A stretch of DNA of 64,000 nt, from the NCBI GenBank assembly GCA_965248355.1, contig OZ252098.1, positions 544,001 to 608,000 on the forward strand. Reading direction: 5' to 3'. Below are positions 1-10,224 of this stretch, piece after piece. The number at the start of each line of letters is the position of its first letter. Position 1 is the stretch's first letter. Position numbers and translations under genes: made by a program. The stretch is from Candidatus Latescibacterota bacterium (GTDB lineage Bacteria > Latescibacterota > UBA2968 > UBA8231). The notes under the pieces were generated by a model that was not told the DNA's origin, searched no databases, and worked only from the letters and a program-made list of their open reading frames with translations.

Positions 1-782
1 CGCTCGATGGCCCAGGCGGCGGGGATGTCGCCGGACAGCGTGCACCGGATCTGGAAGGCCAACGACATCAAGCCCCATTTGACCAAGACCTTCAAGGTCT
101 CCACGGACCCGCACTTCGAGGAAAAATTCTGGGACGTGATCGGGCTCTACCTGGATCCCCCCGAGCGCGCGCTGGTGCTGTGCTGTGACGAGAAGAGCCA
201 GTGCCAGGCGCTGGAACGGACCCAGCCGGGCTTGCCGCTGGGGATCGGCGACATCCGCACCCGGACCCACGATTACAAGCGCCACGGTACGATCACCTTG
301 TTCGCCGCGCTCAACTACCTCGACGGCAAGCTCATCGCGCGTCTGGAGGCGCGTCATACCCACGTCGAATGGCTCCGCTTTCTCAAGCAGATCGACCGCG
401 AGACGCCCAAGAACCTGTCGCTGCACCTGATCGTGGACAACGCCGGCCCCCACAAGGAGGAGAGCGTGCAGCATTGGTTGTCTCGGCATCGGCGCTTCCA
501 TGTCCATTTCACCCCCACCAGTTCCTCCTGGATGAACTTGGTCGAACGGTTCTTCGGCGAGCTGACGCAGGATGTGATTCGGGACGGCAGCTTTGCCAGC
601 GTCGGGGAGTTGGTGCGCGACATCGAAGCCTACTTGGCGCAGCGGAACTTGGCCCCCAAACCCTACCGCTGGAAGGCCGACGGCGAGACCATCCTGCGCA
701 AGATCCAGCGCGCTCGGGAGACGGTGGCGGCGACATCGGACAGCCCTTGTTGATTCTTCTTAATTCTCGGACGGGACACTAG
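1..782 (+). mobile_element. IS630-family insertion sequence, right part (left end lies outside the window)
   Basis: Transposase ORF followed by an AT-richer terminus TTAATTCTCGGACGGGACACTAG ending in CTAG (779-782), typical of IS630 ends and TA targets. Confidence 0.85.
7..753 (+). CDS. IS630-family DDE transposase (5' partial; true start upstream of window)
   Basis: Motifs [45 protein letters not shown] match the IS630 DDE core. Confidence 0.93.
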   Translation: MAQAAGMSPDSVHRIWKANDIKPHLTKTFKVSTDPHFEEKFWDVIGLYLDPPERALVLCCDEKSQCQALERTQPGLPLGIGDIRTRTHDYKRHGTITLFAALNYLDGKLIARLEARHTHVEWLRFLKQIDRETPKNLSLHLIVDNAGPHKEESVQHWLSRHRRFHVHFTPTSSSWMNLVERFFGELTQDVIRDGSFASVGELVRDIEAYLAQRNLAPKPYRWKADGETILRKIQRARETVAATSDSPC

Positions 783-906
783 CCGCGGGGCCTCGCCTCC
801 CCCGAGGGGGATCCTGGAATCGCTACGGGACACGGAGGCCGTTGATGAGCGGGGCCCGCCGCCGTACCATGCCGGCCCCGCAACCGATTCCGGAGATGGG
901 CGAGCC

Positions 907-2250
907 ATGAAACGACGCGACCTCCTGAAAGGGCTGATCCTCGCACCCGCAGCCGATCTCGCCCCGGTCCTGGAGGCGGAGGCCGCCGCGGACAGCCCCG
1001 CCGGGGCCGCGGCGGAACCGACGGTGGGCGGCGCCGGCCCGGCGATCCGCTCGCAGATCGCGGGCCTGAGCCTCGAGGCCCTCCGCGAGCGCTACCGCAG
1101 CGACCTCTTCGACGACTACGTGCCGTTCTGGGAGAGGAGCGGCTTCGACTTCGAGCTCGGCGGCTTCATGTGCGCCGTCGATCACGACGGCACGCAGGTG
1201 AACACCGACAAGCACATGTGGTACCAGGGGCGGGGGATGTGGACCCACGCCTTCCTCTACAACCACTTCGGCGGTGAGATCCACCTCGAGATGGCGAGGA
1301 AGACGCGGGACTTCATCCTGCGCCACGGCATGGACGAGGAGGGCAACTGGGTCCGGGCCCTGGACCGGGAGGGCCGCCACCTGGCCGGTGCCGACCGCAT
1401 GGGATACACCGCCCTCTTCGTCGCCGAGGGGCTCCAGGAGTACGCCCGCGCCGCCGGCGACAAGGAGTCCATGGAGCTCGCCGTCGAGAGCTTCTGGAAG
1501 GGAGCCAGGCTGTACGACGATCCGGAGCGGGACGTGGGGCAGGGCTACCTGCCGGTCAGCTATTCCGGGATGCGCATCCAGGGCTTCGAGATGGTCACCA
1601 TCGTGCTGCTGACCCAGCTGTTGCAGAAACATCCGGACGCCAGGCTGGAGGCGCGCCTCGCCCACGCGGTGGACGCCGTCATGGACCGGTTCTGGAACCC
1701 CGAGTACCGGCTCAACAACGAAGCCCTGAACCACGACTACGAGCGCCCGGACGACGACAACGAGGACTACATCTATCTCGGCCACGCCATCGAGACCTTC
1801 TGGATGATCCTCCACGAGGCGCTGCGCAGGGGGGACCGGGCCCTCTTCGACCTGGCCGCCGAGCGCCTCGAGCGGCACCTGGAGGTCGCCTGGGACGACG
1901 TCTACGGCGGCTTCTTCCGGGCCATGGAGGTCAACGGATCCTTCACCTTCGACAAGGTGCTGTGGCTCCAGGAGGAGGTGCTCATCGGCGCCATGGTCCT
2001 CCTCGAGCACACCCGTCTCGAGTGGCCCGAGCGGTGGTTCGGCCGCACCTTCCGCTACGTGCAGGAGAGGTTTCCGCTGAAGCCCCACGGCTATCCCATG
2101 TGGATCATGGGAGGCGACCGCAAGGTCACCTTCCGCCCCCACACGTCGCGCAAGGGCAACTACCACCACCCCCGCCACCTGATGCTCAACCTCCTCGCCA
2201 TCGACCGCATGATGGCGCGGGGCGGCCGGGTGAGCGCCGTCTGGCAGTAG
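907..2250 (+). CDS. AGE-family epimerase/isomerase (N-acylglucosamine 2-epimerase-like) with possible Tat signal
   Basis: D.ELGGFMC, KHMWYQGRG.W, catalytic GHAIE and YHHPR, KVLWLQEE; N-terminus MKRRDLLKG. Confidence 0.85.
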   Translation: MKRRDLLKGLILAPAADLAPVLEAEAAADSPAGAAAEPTVGGAGPAIRSQIAGLSLEALRERYRSDLFDDYVPFWERSGFDFELGGFMCAVDHDGTQVNTDKHMWYQGRGMWTHAFLYNHFGGEIHLEMARKTRDFILRHGMDEEGNWVRALDREGRHLAGADRMGYTALFVAEGLQEYARAAGDKESMELAVESFWKGARLYDDPERDVGQGYLPVSYSGMRIQGFEMVTIVLLTQLLQKHPDARLEARLAHAVDAVMDRFWNPEYRLNNEALNHDYERPDDDNEDYIYLGHAIETFWMILHEALRRGDRALFDLAAERLERHLEVAWDDVYGGFFRAMEVNGSFTFDKVLWLQEEVLIGAMVLLEHTRLEWPERWFGRTFRYVQERFPLKPHGYPMWIMGGDRKVTFRPHTSRKGNYHHPRHLMLNLLAIDRMMARGGRVSAVWQ

Positions 2251-2298
2251 AGGGGCGTCCGCCCCGAGAGGTGAGCCGGTCCCGCCCCGGGGCCGGGC

Positions 2299-4275
2299 TC
2301 AGATCACGAAGATCATGTTGTCGGTCATGCCCGTGAAGGCGTCGATCAGCGTCCACGCGCCGACCGAGACGAACTGACCCAGCACCAGGCCCAGGAAGAA
2401 GGGCCGCAGGGCGCGGAACATCCTGGGCCCGCCGTAGTGCAGGACGGCGATCTTCACCAGCCAGGCCAGGAAGATGCTGAACCAGGTCCAGTCCATCACC
2501 CGGCTGCCGGCGACGGTCAGCCCCAGGGGATGCAGGGGCCACCAGAGGTACTTGTACCGCAGGAAGGTGAGCAGCCCCATGGCCGAGGCCCCGAAGCCCA
2601 TGTTCATCCACATCCCCCAGGTCAGCTCGATGGGGCGGCTGACCACCGTGGAGACCAGGTTGAAGGGCAGCAGGTTCGCCCCCAGGCAGAACCAGCCGTG
2701 GATGTTCACGCCCCCCACGTCGTAGGCCAGCCGGAGCATGAGGCCGAAGGAGACCACCATCGACACCGCGAGGGAGGCGAAGACGCAGCCGAAGACGCGC
2801 CGCTTGCGGCCCCGGAAGCGCTCGTCGTCGAGCAGCTTCAGGCCGTTGGCGATCGACGCCATCAGGAAGGTCCGGATGTCCGAGGACCAGCCGTAGGTAT
2901 AGCCCAGGGCGGTCACGCCCTGCGCTCCCAGGGCGGGGGTGCCCACCGCGTAGAGCATGAAGTTCGGGGCGATGAGGGGCGCCCGGCAGGCCGCCATTCC
3001 ACCTTCGACGACGATGCGGGAAATGGCGATGAAGATGACGAAGGAGATGAACAGGAACAGGGCGCCGGCCCACAGGGGCAGGCCGGCGGCGTTCAGCCAG
3101 ACCAGCATGACCGCCGCCGAGACCAGCAGGCCGAGAAGGGCGTTCCGGTAGGAGAGGATCTCGTGGGAGTCGTCCACCTCCGGGGCCCGCGAGAAAGCCT
3201 TCCTCGCCACATCCTTCAGGTGGGCTCTGGCGACCCAGGCTCCGTAGAGGACGAGGGTCAGCATCGCTCCGATGGCGGTGGAGGAGAAGATCCCCGAGCT
3301 GCCGCCGTAGTGGTTGACCCGCAGCCGCAGGTAGACCCCCACGGTGTTGAAGACCCCGTTCAGGCACTTGGCGAGGACGTCCAGGAACCAGAGCCCGAAG
3401 GCCACGTCCTGGTTGATCAGGTAAGCGAAGCCCAGCACCGGGAAGCTGATCATGAAGCGCAGCTGGATCGACTCCCGCAGCATGGGCAGGGTGACGCCGG
3501 GATAGAGCACGTTGAGGGAGGGGATGAAGTCGTGGTAGGCGTGGAGGCCGATGGAGGAGGTGATGATCGAGGCGATGGCGAAGCCCAGCCACATGAGGGG
3601 GTTCTTGAAGAAGCCCGACAGCAGGCCGCCGCGGCGGTCCTCGCCGATCATGTCCAGGGGGGCCCGGATGATCGGGTAGATGAGCCTCTCGTTCTCGATC
3701 CACTGCCTGCGCAGGATGACCATGAGGGCCACCATGGCGAAGTAGAAGGCGGCGAAGAACACGCTCCAGAAGGCGAGGGGCCGCAACCACTGGCCCCAGG
3801 GAATGGAGGCGCCTTCCGGCAGCCCCTCGAAGAAGTACTTGCAGGCCAGCGGATCCTCGACCACCATCCAGTCCCGGACGAAGGGGGCCACCAGGTTGGC
3901 CCAGTCGTTCTCGGGGGTGGCGAAATAGGGGAGCGTCGCCATCAGCGGAATCTGGTAGTGCGTCAACCCCATCCCCGTGACCGCGCACGACGTCATCATC
4001 ATCACGTAGACGAGGATCAGCTCCGCCGGCGTGAAGGCCACGCGGGGGCCGAGAAGCTTGAGCACCACGTTGATCCCGGCCACCAGGAAGAAGAACACGA
4101 ACAGGGCGCCCCCGGTGCTGAAGTCGTCGGACATGCGGGAGCTGCGGAGGAAGATCTCCCCGTACTGCGTGCCTCCGGCCACCAGGGCCGAGCAGACCAG
4201 GCCGGTGAGGAAGGCGCGGAGGGTGACGCCGGAGGAGCCCTTTCCGCCGCTTCCGGCCGGTACCGGTTGCGTCAT
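2299..4275 (-). CDS. Polytopic membrane protein, DUF6785/DUF6784-like (putative transporter)
   Basis: Many hydrophobic segments; LRRQWIENERLIYP and WWPLHPLG motifs; paralog at 50572-52542. Confidence 0.7.
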   Translation of the reverse strand: MTQPVPAGSGGKGSSGVTLRAFLTGLVCSALVAGGTQYGEIFLRSSRMSDDFSTGGALFVFFFLVAGINVVLKLLGPRVAFTPAELILVYVMMMTSCAVTGMGLTHYQIPLMATLPYFATPENDWANLVAPFVRDWMVVEDPLACKYFFEGLPEGASIPWGQWLRPLAFWSVFFAAFYFAMVALMVILRRQWIENERLIYPIIRAPLDMIGEDRRGGLLSGFFKNPLMWLGFAIASIITSSIGLHAYHDFIPSLNVLYPGVTLPMLRESIQLRFMISFPVLGFAYLINQDVAFGLWFLDVLAKCLNGVFNTVGVYLRLRVNHYGGSSGIFSSTAIGAMLTLVLYGAWVARAHLKDVARKAFSRAPEVDDSHEILSYRNALLGLLVSAAVMLVWLNAAGLPLWAGALFLFISFVIFIAISRIVVEGGMAACRAPLIAPNFMLYAVGTPALGAQGVTALGYTYGWSSDIRTFLMASIANGLKLLDDERFRGRKRRVFGCVFASLAVSMVVSFGLMLRLAYDVGGVNIHGWFCLGANLLPFNLVSTVVSRPIELTWGMWMNMGFGASAMGLLTFLRYKYLWWPLHPLGLTVAGSRVMDWTWFSIFLAWLVKIAVLHYGGPRMFRALRPFFLGLVLGQFVSVGAWTLIDAFTGMTDNMIFVI

Positions 4276-4312
4276 GCGGCAAGGGTCTCGGGCGTGCGAA
4301 GGGAGAGGCGCT

Positions 4313-5539
4313 TCACTGCGCCCAGAAGCCGGAGACTTGGCCGCCGCGCTCGGTCATGCGCTCGAAGGCGAGGAGGTTGCGCATCAGGTGGCGGGGGTGG
4401 TGGTAGATGTCGGCGCGGGATGAACGGGGCGAGATGGTCACCTTGCGGTCGCTGCCCCTCGTGAACGTCCGGTAGCCGAGCGGCCCCAGGTAGAACCGGC
4501 TCTGCACGTACTCGTACGTCCGCCCGAACCACTCCCGGGGCCATTCCAGCGTCGTGTGTTCCATCAGGATGGAGGCGCCGATGAGCACCTCCTCCTGGAG
4601 CCACAGCACCTTGTCGAAGGTGTAGCTGCCGTGGATCTCCACGGCGCGGAAGAAACCCTCGTAGACGTCGTCCCAGGCCACCTCGAGGTGCCGCCGGAAG
4701 CGCTCGGCGGCCAGGTCGAAGAGCGCCTTGTCACGGCGCCGCATGGCCTCCGGCATCACCATCCACAGCGTCTCGATGGCGTGGCCGAGGTAGATGAAGT
4801 CCTCGTTGTCGTCGTCGGGGCGCTCGTAGTCGTGGTTCAGGGCCTCGTTGGTGAGGCGGTACTCCGGGTTCCAGAAGCGGTTGACGATGCCGTCGACGAT
4901 GCGGTCCGCCAGGGCCTCGAGCTTCGGGTCGGAGACCTGGCTCAGGATCTGCGTCAGGATGAGGATGGCCACCATGTGGCTGCCGAGGGTGCGCATCCCC
5001 GGGTACGAGAGGGGGATGTAGCCCTGCACCGTGTTGCACTGCGGATCGTCCCACCGCGCCATGGCCCGCCACAGGCTGTCGATGGCCAGGTCCATCGACT
5101 CCTGGTCGCCGCTGGCCCTGGCGTACTCCTGCAACCCCTCGGCGACGAACATGGCGGTGTAACCCCGGGCCTCGGCCGGTCCGGTCACGTTGCCCTCGCG
5201 GTCCAGCCCGCTCACCCAGTTGCCCTCGCCGTCCCTTCCGTGGCGGAGGAGGAAGTCGCGCGCCTTCCGAGCCGCTTCGAGGTGCTCCTCCCCGCCGAAG
5301 TGGTTGTAGAGATAGGAGTAGGTCCACAGGCCCCGGCCCTGGTACCACATGTACTTGGAGTCGTCCAGCAGGTTGCCGTCGAGGTCCCGGCTGCACAGGA
5401 ATCCTCCCAGCTCGTGGTCGATGCCGTGGCGGTCCCACAGGGGCAGGAACTCCTCGAAGAGCTGGCGGTGGTAGCGGTCCCGCAGGTCCGCCAGGTTCCT
5501 GCCTGCGATCAGCGTCCTGCGGTCGGCGTCGTTTCCCAT
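4313..5539 (-). CDS. AGE-family epimerase/isomerase, cytoplasmic paralog
   Basis: Same motifs as 907-2250 (KYMWYQGRG, GHAIE, KVLWLQEE, YHHPR) and no signal peptide; overlaps nothing but leads directly into the membrane-protein gene. Confidence 0.85.
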   Translation of the reverse strand: MGNDADRRTLIAGRNLADLRDRYHRQLFEEFLPLWDRHGIDHELGGFLCSRDLDGNLLDDSKYMWYQGRGLWTYSYLYNHFGGEEHLEAARKARDFLLRHGRDGEGNWVSGLDREGNVTGPAEARGYTAMFVAEGLQEYARASGDQESMDLAIDSLWRAMARWDDPQCNTVQGYIPLSYPGMRTLGSHMVAILILTQILSQVSDPKLEALADRIVDGIVNRFWNPEYRLTNEALNHDYERPDDDNEDFIYLGHAIETLWMVMPEAMRRRDKALFDLAAERFRRHLEVAWDDVYEGFFRAVEIHGSYTFDKVLWLQEEVLIGASILMEHTTLEWPREWFGRTYEYVQSRFYLGPLGYRTFTRGSDRKVTISPRSSRADIYHHPRHLMRNLLAFERMTERGGQVSGFWAQ

Positions 5540-5825
5540 GTCGATGCGCTCCTGTGCTCAGCCGGTCCCCCCCGGAAGGGGGAAATAATAGGCCGTCCCG
5601 GCCGAGGCCGCTCCACGTGGAAGATCTTCACCGCCTCGGTCGGCCTCTTCTCCGCCCGCTCTCTCGGGGGGCGGAGGGCCCGCCTGGTGTCGTGGAGAGG
5701 TTGCCGGCCGCACCCCTGGCAGCGATCCGAACCGCAAGTCAGAGAAGCAGTTATGGAGGATGGTCCGGGCCACGGGCCGACGCCTCGGGGGGCCCGGGGG
5801 GGCGCCGAATCCCCGCAAAAACCGC

Positions 5826-5854
5826 TTGGAGACCTCTCTTGACGGCCCTATATT
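5826..5854 (+). promoter_or_regulatory. Candidate sigma70-type promoter
   Basis: TTGGAG-17 nt-TATATT in the divergent intergenic region about 80 nt upstream of ATG 5934. Confidence 0.4.
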
Positions 5855-5933
5855 GCGCGGGTCCCTCCGGATCGAGCCGGTGAGGAGAATTCGTCATCAA
5901 CCATTTTACTCAACACAGCTCAGGAGCAAGCGC

Positions 5934-7829
5934 ATGAGAGTAGCACGATTCCTTTTCGTCGCAGGAGCCTTGGTGGCGCTCACCGCCGGCATGGCGGCCG
6001 CCCAGGGAGCCATCGGCGGCGAAGAGAACCAGATCACCGAGAGCCGCATGCCCACGGTGCTCACGGTCGACCTCGAGGACATGGCCGTCAGCAGCTTCCC
6101 CGTGGACATCCCTTTCACCACCAGCGGTTCGGCGGCCACGGTCTACCTGGCCGTGTACACCAATCTCTCCGACGCCGACCTGCCGGGGCTGACCACCGAG
6201 GGCGAGCTCAACTGGCATTCCTACCAGGAGGTCAACTACGCCCTGCACGTCTCCCCCGGCTCTCGGTTCGAGCCCGGTTCGCACTCGATCACCTGGGACG
6301 GCGCCGACATGGGCGGCAACGCCGTCGATCCGTCCGGCAGCTACCGGTTCTTCATCATCGCCCTCGATGATCAGGCGCCGATCAACATGGTGGGCTACAC
6401 CAACGCCCGGCATACGTCCGAGTCCTGCCTCGCCCGCGACCAGAACGGCGACCTCTTCATCCTCAGCGGCGGCAGCGCGGTGGCGCTCACCGACGGCGGC
6501 CCCCGCCACCTGATCCTCACCAGGGTCGGCACCAACTGGATCGAGACGCCGGGCGCCTGGCAGGCGATCGACGTGAATGACATGGTGGCTGCCGTGAGCC
6601 ACACGGACGACATCGTGCCCGCCGAGTGGGCCGGCGGCGGCAACGGCAAGCAGTACGGCTCGCTGCCCGGCGACTTCTACGGCGACTCCTGGGACGGCAC
6701 CATCTACGGGTCCATCAAGTTCAACGTCGACCCGGCCAACGGTCAGGTCACGCTCGACACCAACTACGGCACCGAGGGCGACGGCCGCATGAAGTTCGAG
6801 CCCTTCAGCGACGGCAACCTCGCCGTCGGCTCCACGGGCATCGACACCTGGGACGGCCTCATCTACTACCCGATCTATGATCGGGGTGGAGACCAACCCG
6901 CCCACTCCACCGTGGGCATCCAGGACCCGGCCACCGGCGAGGTCGTCGACGTGCTCGACCTGTCCGAGTGGAACGTGGTCGACGTGGGCGCCGGCAACCA
7001 GGCCTTCAGTCCCCACGACATCTGGGTCGACGGCACCGGCGTCTACGTGGTCGGCTACGCCGCTCCCCTTCACCTCAAGGTCAGCCTGGACGGCGAGTTG
7101 AAGTGGATCAACAACAACGGCGACGGCTTTGCCGACAGCATCGACCCCGACACGGGCGACTTCGACTACGGTTCCTTCGCCCTCACGCCCTGGAACACGG
7201 CGGGCTCCGGGAGCAAGGACGGCTGGGGCTTCGCCTACATCCCGCTGCTGGGCAGCACGACCAGCACGGTGGACATCCTCGGTCCGGACGGCACGGGGAT
7301 CCTGCACATGGTCGCCACCCACGCTCCCGCCCACTGGCCGCAGTGGGTCGAGTCGATCGAGGAGGACGGTCCCTACGACGGCCTCTACTGGGACATCGGC
7401 TCGCGCCGCGGCGGCGGCAGCGATCCCTGGGACGCGCCCGACTTCACCGGATACCCGGCGCGTCAGGCCATCCACTTCCCCTTCGACCTCAAGACGGCCG
7501 TCATCAACAGCGACACGGCGGTGGAGGAGGTCGCGGCAGCCGGTACGCCCGGCGCCTACGCTTTGCAGGACGCCTATCCCAACCCCTTCAACCCTGAGTC
7601 GACGATCCGCTTCAGCCTCCCCAAGGAGGAGCACGTGACCCTTCAGGTCTTCAGCCTGTCGGGCCAGCGGGTCAAGACCCTGCACGAGGGGTATGTCGCG
7701 GCCGGCGTCTATGAGAGCGTCTGGGACGGGATGAACGAGGCCGGGGAGAGCGTGGCCAGCGGCGTGTACCTGTACAGCCTGCAGGCCGGCTCCTTCCAGG
7801 AGACCAAGAAGCTGACCCTGCTCAAGTAG
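5934..7829 (+). CDS. Secreted protein with internal FlgD-like Ig domain, acidic beta-rich core and C-terminal FlgD/T9SS type A-like sorting domain
   Basis: AGGAG RBS before ATG 5934; signal peptide MRVARFLFVAGALVALTAGMAAA; ITWDGADMGGN..GSYRF near N-terminus; TAVEE linker then YPNPFNP...WDG.NE.G..VASGVYLY.L....KKLTLLK. Confidence 0.8.
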   Translation: MRVARFLFVAGALVALTAGMAAAQGAIGGEENQITESRMPTVLTVDLEDMAVSSFPVDIPFTTSGSAATVYLAVYTNLSDADLPGLTTEGELNWHSYQEVNYALHVSPGSRFEPGSHSITWDGADMGGNAVDPSGSYRFFIIALDDQAPINMVGYTNARHTSESCLARDQNGDLFILSGGSAVALTDGGPRHLILTRVGTNWIETPGAWQAIDVNDMVAAVSHTDDIVPAEWAGGGNGKQYGSLPGDFYGDSWDGTIYGSIKFNVDPANGQVTLDTNYGTEGDGRMKFEPFSDGNLAVGSTGIDTWDGLIYYPIYDRGGDQPAHSTVGIQDPATGEVVDVLDLSEWNVVDVGAGNQAFSPHDIWVDGTGVYVVGYAAPLHLKVSLDGELKWINNNGDGFADSIDPDTGDFDYGSFALTPWNTAGSGSKDGWGFAYIPLLGSTTSTVDILGPDGTGILHMVATHAPAHWPQWVESIEEDGPYDGLYWDIGSRRGGGSDPWDAPDFTGYPARQAIHFPFDLKTAVINSDTAVEEVAAAGTPGAYALQDAYPNPFNPESTIRFSLPKEEHVTLQVFSLSGQRVKTLHEGYVAAGVYESVWDGMNEAGESVASGVYLYSLQAGSFQETKKLTLLK

Positions 7830-7849
7830 CGGCCAGCGGCAGTTTCGGC

Positions 7850-7901
7850 AGATGGACAAGGTGAGCGATCTCTTCGAGGGTCGCTCACCTTGTCTGTTTT
7901 A
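7850..7901 (+). terminator. Rho-independent terminator
   Basis: Perfect 14-bp stem GACAAGGTGAGCGA/TCGCTCACCTTGTC (7855-7894) followed by TGTTTT, about 25 nt after stop 7829. Confidence 0.8.
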
Positions 7902-8046
7902 TCCCCCTCTCCGGTCCCGGGGGACACGGCCTGATCCGGGGTTCGGCGCAGGCCGTCGCGGAGCCACTCGCCGGCCTCCACGATCCGTGGGCCGCGGGGC
8001 CGACAAGGGGCGGGATCCTCCGCTGGAAAAGGGAAGAAGGCTCTCA

Positions 8047-10194
8047 TTGGCAACAAGACTTCCTTCGCTCGTGTCGGGTCTGCTGCTTCTCGGCGTCCTC
8101 GCCGGGCCGGTCGGGGGCGATGTGCTCCGCATCGGCCACTGGGAGCAGACCACCTACTACCGCCACACCTTCAACGCCGATGAGGCGAGGGACGCCCTCC
8201 TGCGGATCACCGCCGTGGGGGAGTACGTCCTCTATCTCAACGGCGGCGAGGTCGCTTCGGACGGCGACTGGCTGACCGCCGAGGCGGTCCCCGTCTCCCT
8301 GCAACAGGGAGACAACCACATCGCCGTGGCGGTGACCAACGCCCCGGGAGAGGCCGGGGCCGGGCTCCTCCTCAGCCTTCAGGGCGGCCCGCTGGTCGCC
8401 CGCAGCACCTTCTCCGACGAGATCTCCCCGTGGTACTGGACGGGGGAGGGCCAGGAGGGCACGGGCTGGACGACGGCTGACGTGCAGAGCACGTGGAGCC
8501 GCGTGGGCGCCGGGTCGATCGACAGGGTGCGGGTGAGCGAGGCGATCTTCCATCCGGAGGCGGAGGTCGTCGCCGGCTATCCGAACGCGGTGAATCTCGC
8601 CAGCTCGCCGGAGGGCCGCATCGTCCTGGCCGACCAGCGCGGGCAGAACATCGCCCTCGGGGTCAACGCCAGCGAGGTGGGCGTCACCGACGGGAATATG
8701 GGCCTCCCGGTCTGGTCCCTGCCCCAGGGGCTGGGAGCGCTGAACCGCATCGTCGACATCGCCCTGCCGGACCTGACCCGGATCAACCGGGTCCGCGTGA
8801 TCACCAAGCCCCCCGAGGGCAACGAGACCTACAAGGGCAACTCCCTCCTCGGGTACTCGGTGCAGGTCAGCGAGGACCAGTCCCGCTGGATCGAGATGGG
8901 GGGCATCAACGACATCGAGGACCACGTCTTCACGGAGGTCCGCTTCAATCCCGTCCTGGCGCGCCACGTCCGCGTCCAGGTGACCCAGGCCGAGGTCGGA
9001 GCCGACCCCGCCAAGGTGGCGGAGGTCCAGATCTACGGGGTCGACTTTGTCCCCTCCGGGGCCTACGTCTCCCCGCCGCTGGACCTGGGGACCCCCGACG
9101 CGGTGAAGAACTTCGGCCGCGCCCGCTGGTGGGGGGAGGTGCTCCCCGCGACGTCCCTGAGCCTGCAGTTCAGCACCGGCGACAGCCCGGACACGACCGA
9201 CGGGAGCTGGAGCGCCTGGAGCGAGGAATCCGTGGACTCGGAGGTGCTCATCTCCTCACCCGAGCCCCGCCGCTACCTGCGCTACCGGGTGAATCTGCGC
9301 ACCGAGGATTTCGAGTTCACGCCCGCCCTCGACAGTCTCGAGATCGACTATGACCCTGAGGCGATCGCGGCGCGGAGCGCCACCGCTTCGGTGGTTCCCA
9401 ACGAGGCCCCCATGGGAGAGGACGTGGACTACCTCTTCAGCGTCGGCATGGCCCTGGAAGAGGGAGATGCCCTGGAACGGATCCGCATCCGCCTTCCCAG
9501 CCTCCCCACCGCCGTGAACTCGATCCAGTTCCTGGGGCAGGAGATCGCCGTGCCGGAGTTCCCCACGGGCGAGGGGGGCCTGGACGCGGGCGGGCGGATC
9601 CTGCGGCTGGCGCCCGCCGACGTGCGGGACGTGGACGTCGCCTTCGATCCCCCCCTGACCTCCGCGGACGGCGGCGAGATCTCCTTTGCCATCTCCGTGC
9701 AGTGCGCCCTCTACACCGACACCCACGATTTCCGCGCCTTCCTCTTCAGCCCGGGGTCCGACAATCCCCTGAACGTGCTGGAAGAGACCGCTGACGGCGC
9801 CTCCTGGACCGTCGTGGTGAGCGACGTCGTGGCCGGAGACCTGCTGGAGGTCAGAGCGCAGCCCCCGGCCTTCTCCCCCAATGGAGACGGGGTCAACGAC
9901 TTCACGATCATCGAGTTCGCCCTCACCAAGGTGACCGAGCCCCGCCGGGTGGACGTGGAGCTGTACGACCTGAGAGGGCGCCGGGTCCGCAGGCTGGAGA
10001 CGCCGCGGCTCATCGGCGGCCGGTACCTCCATCCCGGCCTGAGCGCGGCGGCGTCGACCTTCTCTCCCGGCTTCTGGGACGGAACGGACGATGCGGGCGA
10101 TCTCGTGCCGCCGGGGATCTACCTGTTCTCGGTGCGGGCGAACCTGGACGACGGCGACGAGGCCGTCTCCGGGGTGGTCCATGTGGTCTACTGA
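8047..10194 (+). CDS. Secreted multi-domain beta-sandwich protein (discoidin/F5-8-like) with C-terminal FSPNGDG (type B CTD/CHU_C-like) FlgD-type domain
   Basis: TTG start after GGGAAGAAGG with hydrophobic signal (start uncertain); YSVQVSEDQSRW, FNPVLARHVRV, AEVQIYG; C-terminal FSPNGDGVND...YDLRGRRVRRL...WDGTDDAG.LVPPGIY. Confidence 0.72.
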   Translation: MATRLPSLVSGLLLLGVLAGPVGGDVLRIGHWEQTTYYRHTFNADEARDALLRITAVGEYVLYLNGGEVASDGDWLTAEAVPVSLQQGDNHIAVAVTNAPGEAGAGLLLSLQGGPLVARSTFSDEISPWYWTGEGQEGTGWTTADVQSTWSRVGAGSIDRVRVSEAIFHPEAEVVAGYPNAVNLASSPEGRIVLADQRGQNIALGVNASEVGVTDGNMGLPVWSLPQGLGALNRIVDIALPDLTRINRVRVITKPPEGNETYKGNSLLGYSVQVSEDQSRWIEMGGINDIEDHVFTEVRFNPVLARHVRVQVTQAEVGADPAKVAEVQIYGVDFVPSGAYVSPPLDLGTPDAVKNFGRARWWGEVLPATSLSLQFSTGDSPDTTDGSWSAWSEESVDSEVLISSPEPRRYLRYRVNLRTEDFEFTPALDSLEIDYDPEAIAARSATASVVPNEAPMGEDVDYLFSVGMALEEGDALERIRIRLPSLPTAVNSIQFLGQEIAVPEFPTGEGGLDAGGRILRLAPADVRDVDVAFDPPLTSADGGEISFAISVQCALYTDTHDFRAFLFSPGSDNPLNVLEETADGASWTVVVSDVVAGDLLEVRAQPPAFSPNGDGVNDFTIIEFALTKVTEPRRVDVELYDLRGRRVRRLETPRLIGGRYLHPGLSAAASTFSPGFWDGTDDAGDLVPPGIYLFSVRANLDDGDEAVSGVVHVVY

Positions 10195-10224
10195 GAGATC
10201 CTCCTTCGGAGGCGCCGAGGGGTC

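Noticed and set aside
2251-2300. GC-rich hairpin between convergent genes as a terminator
   Set aside because: Imperfect stem with no U-tract on either strand; not distinguishable from background.
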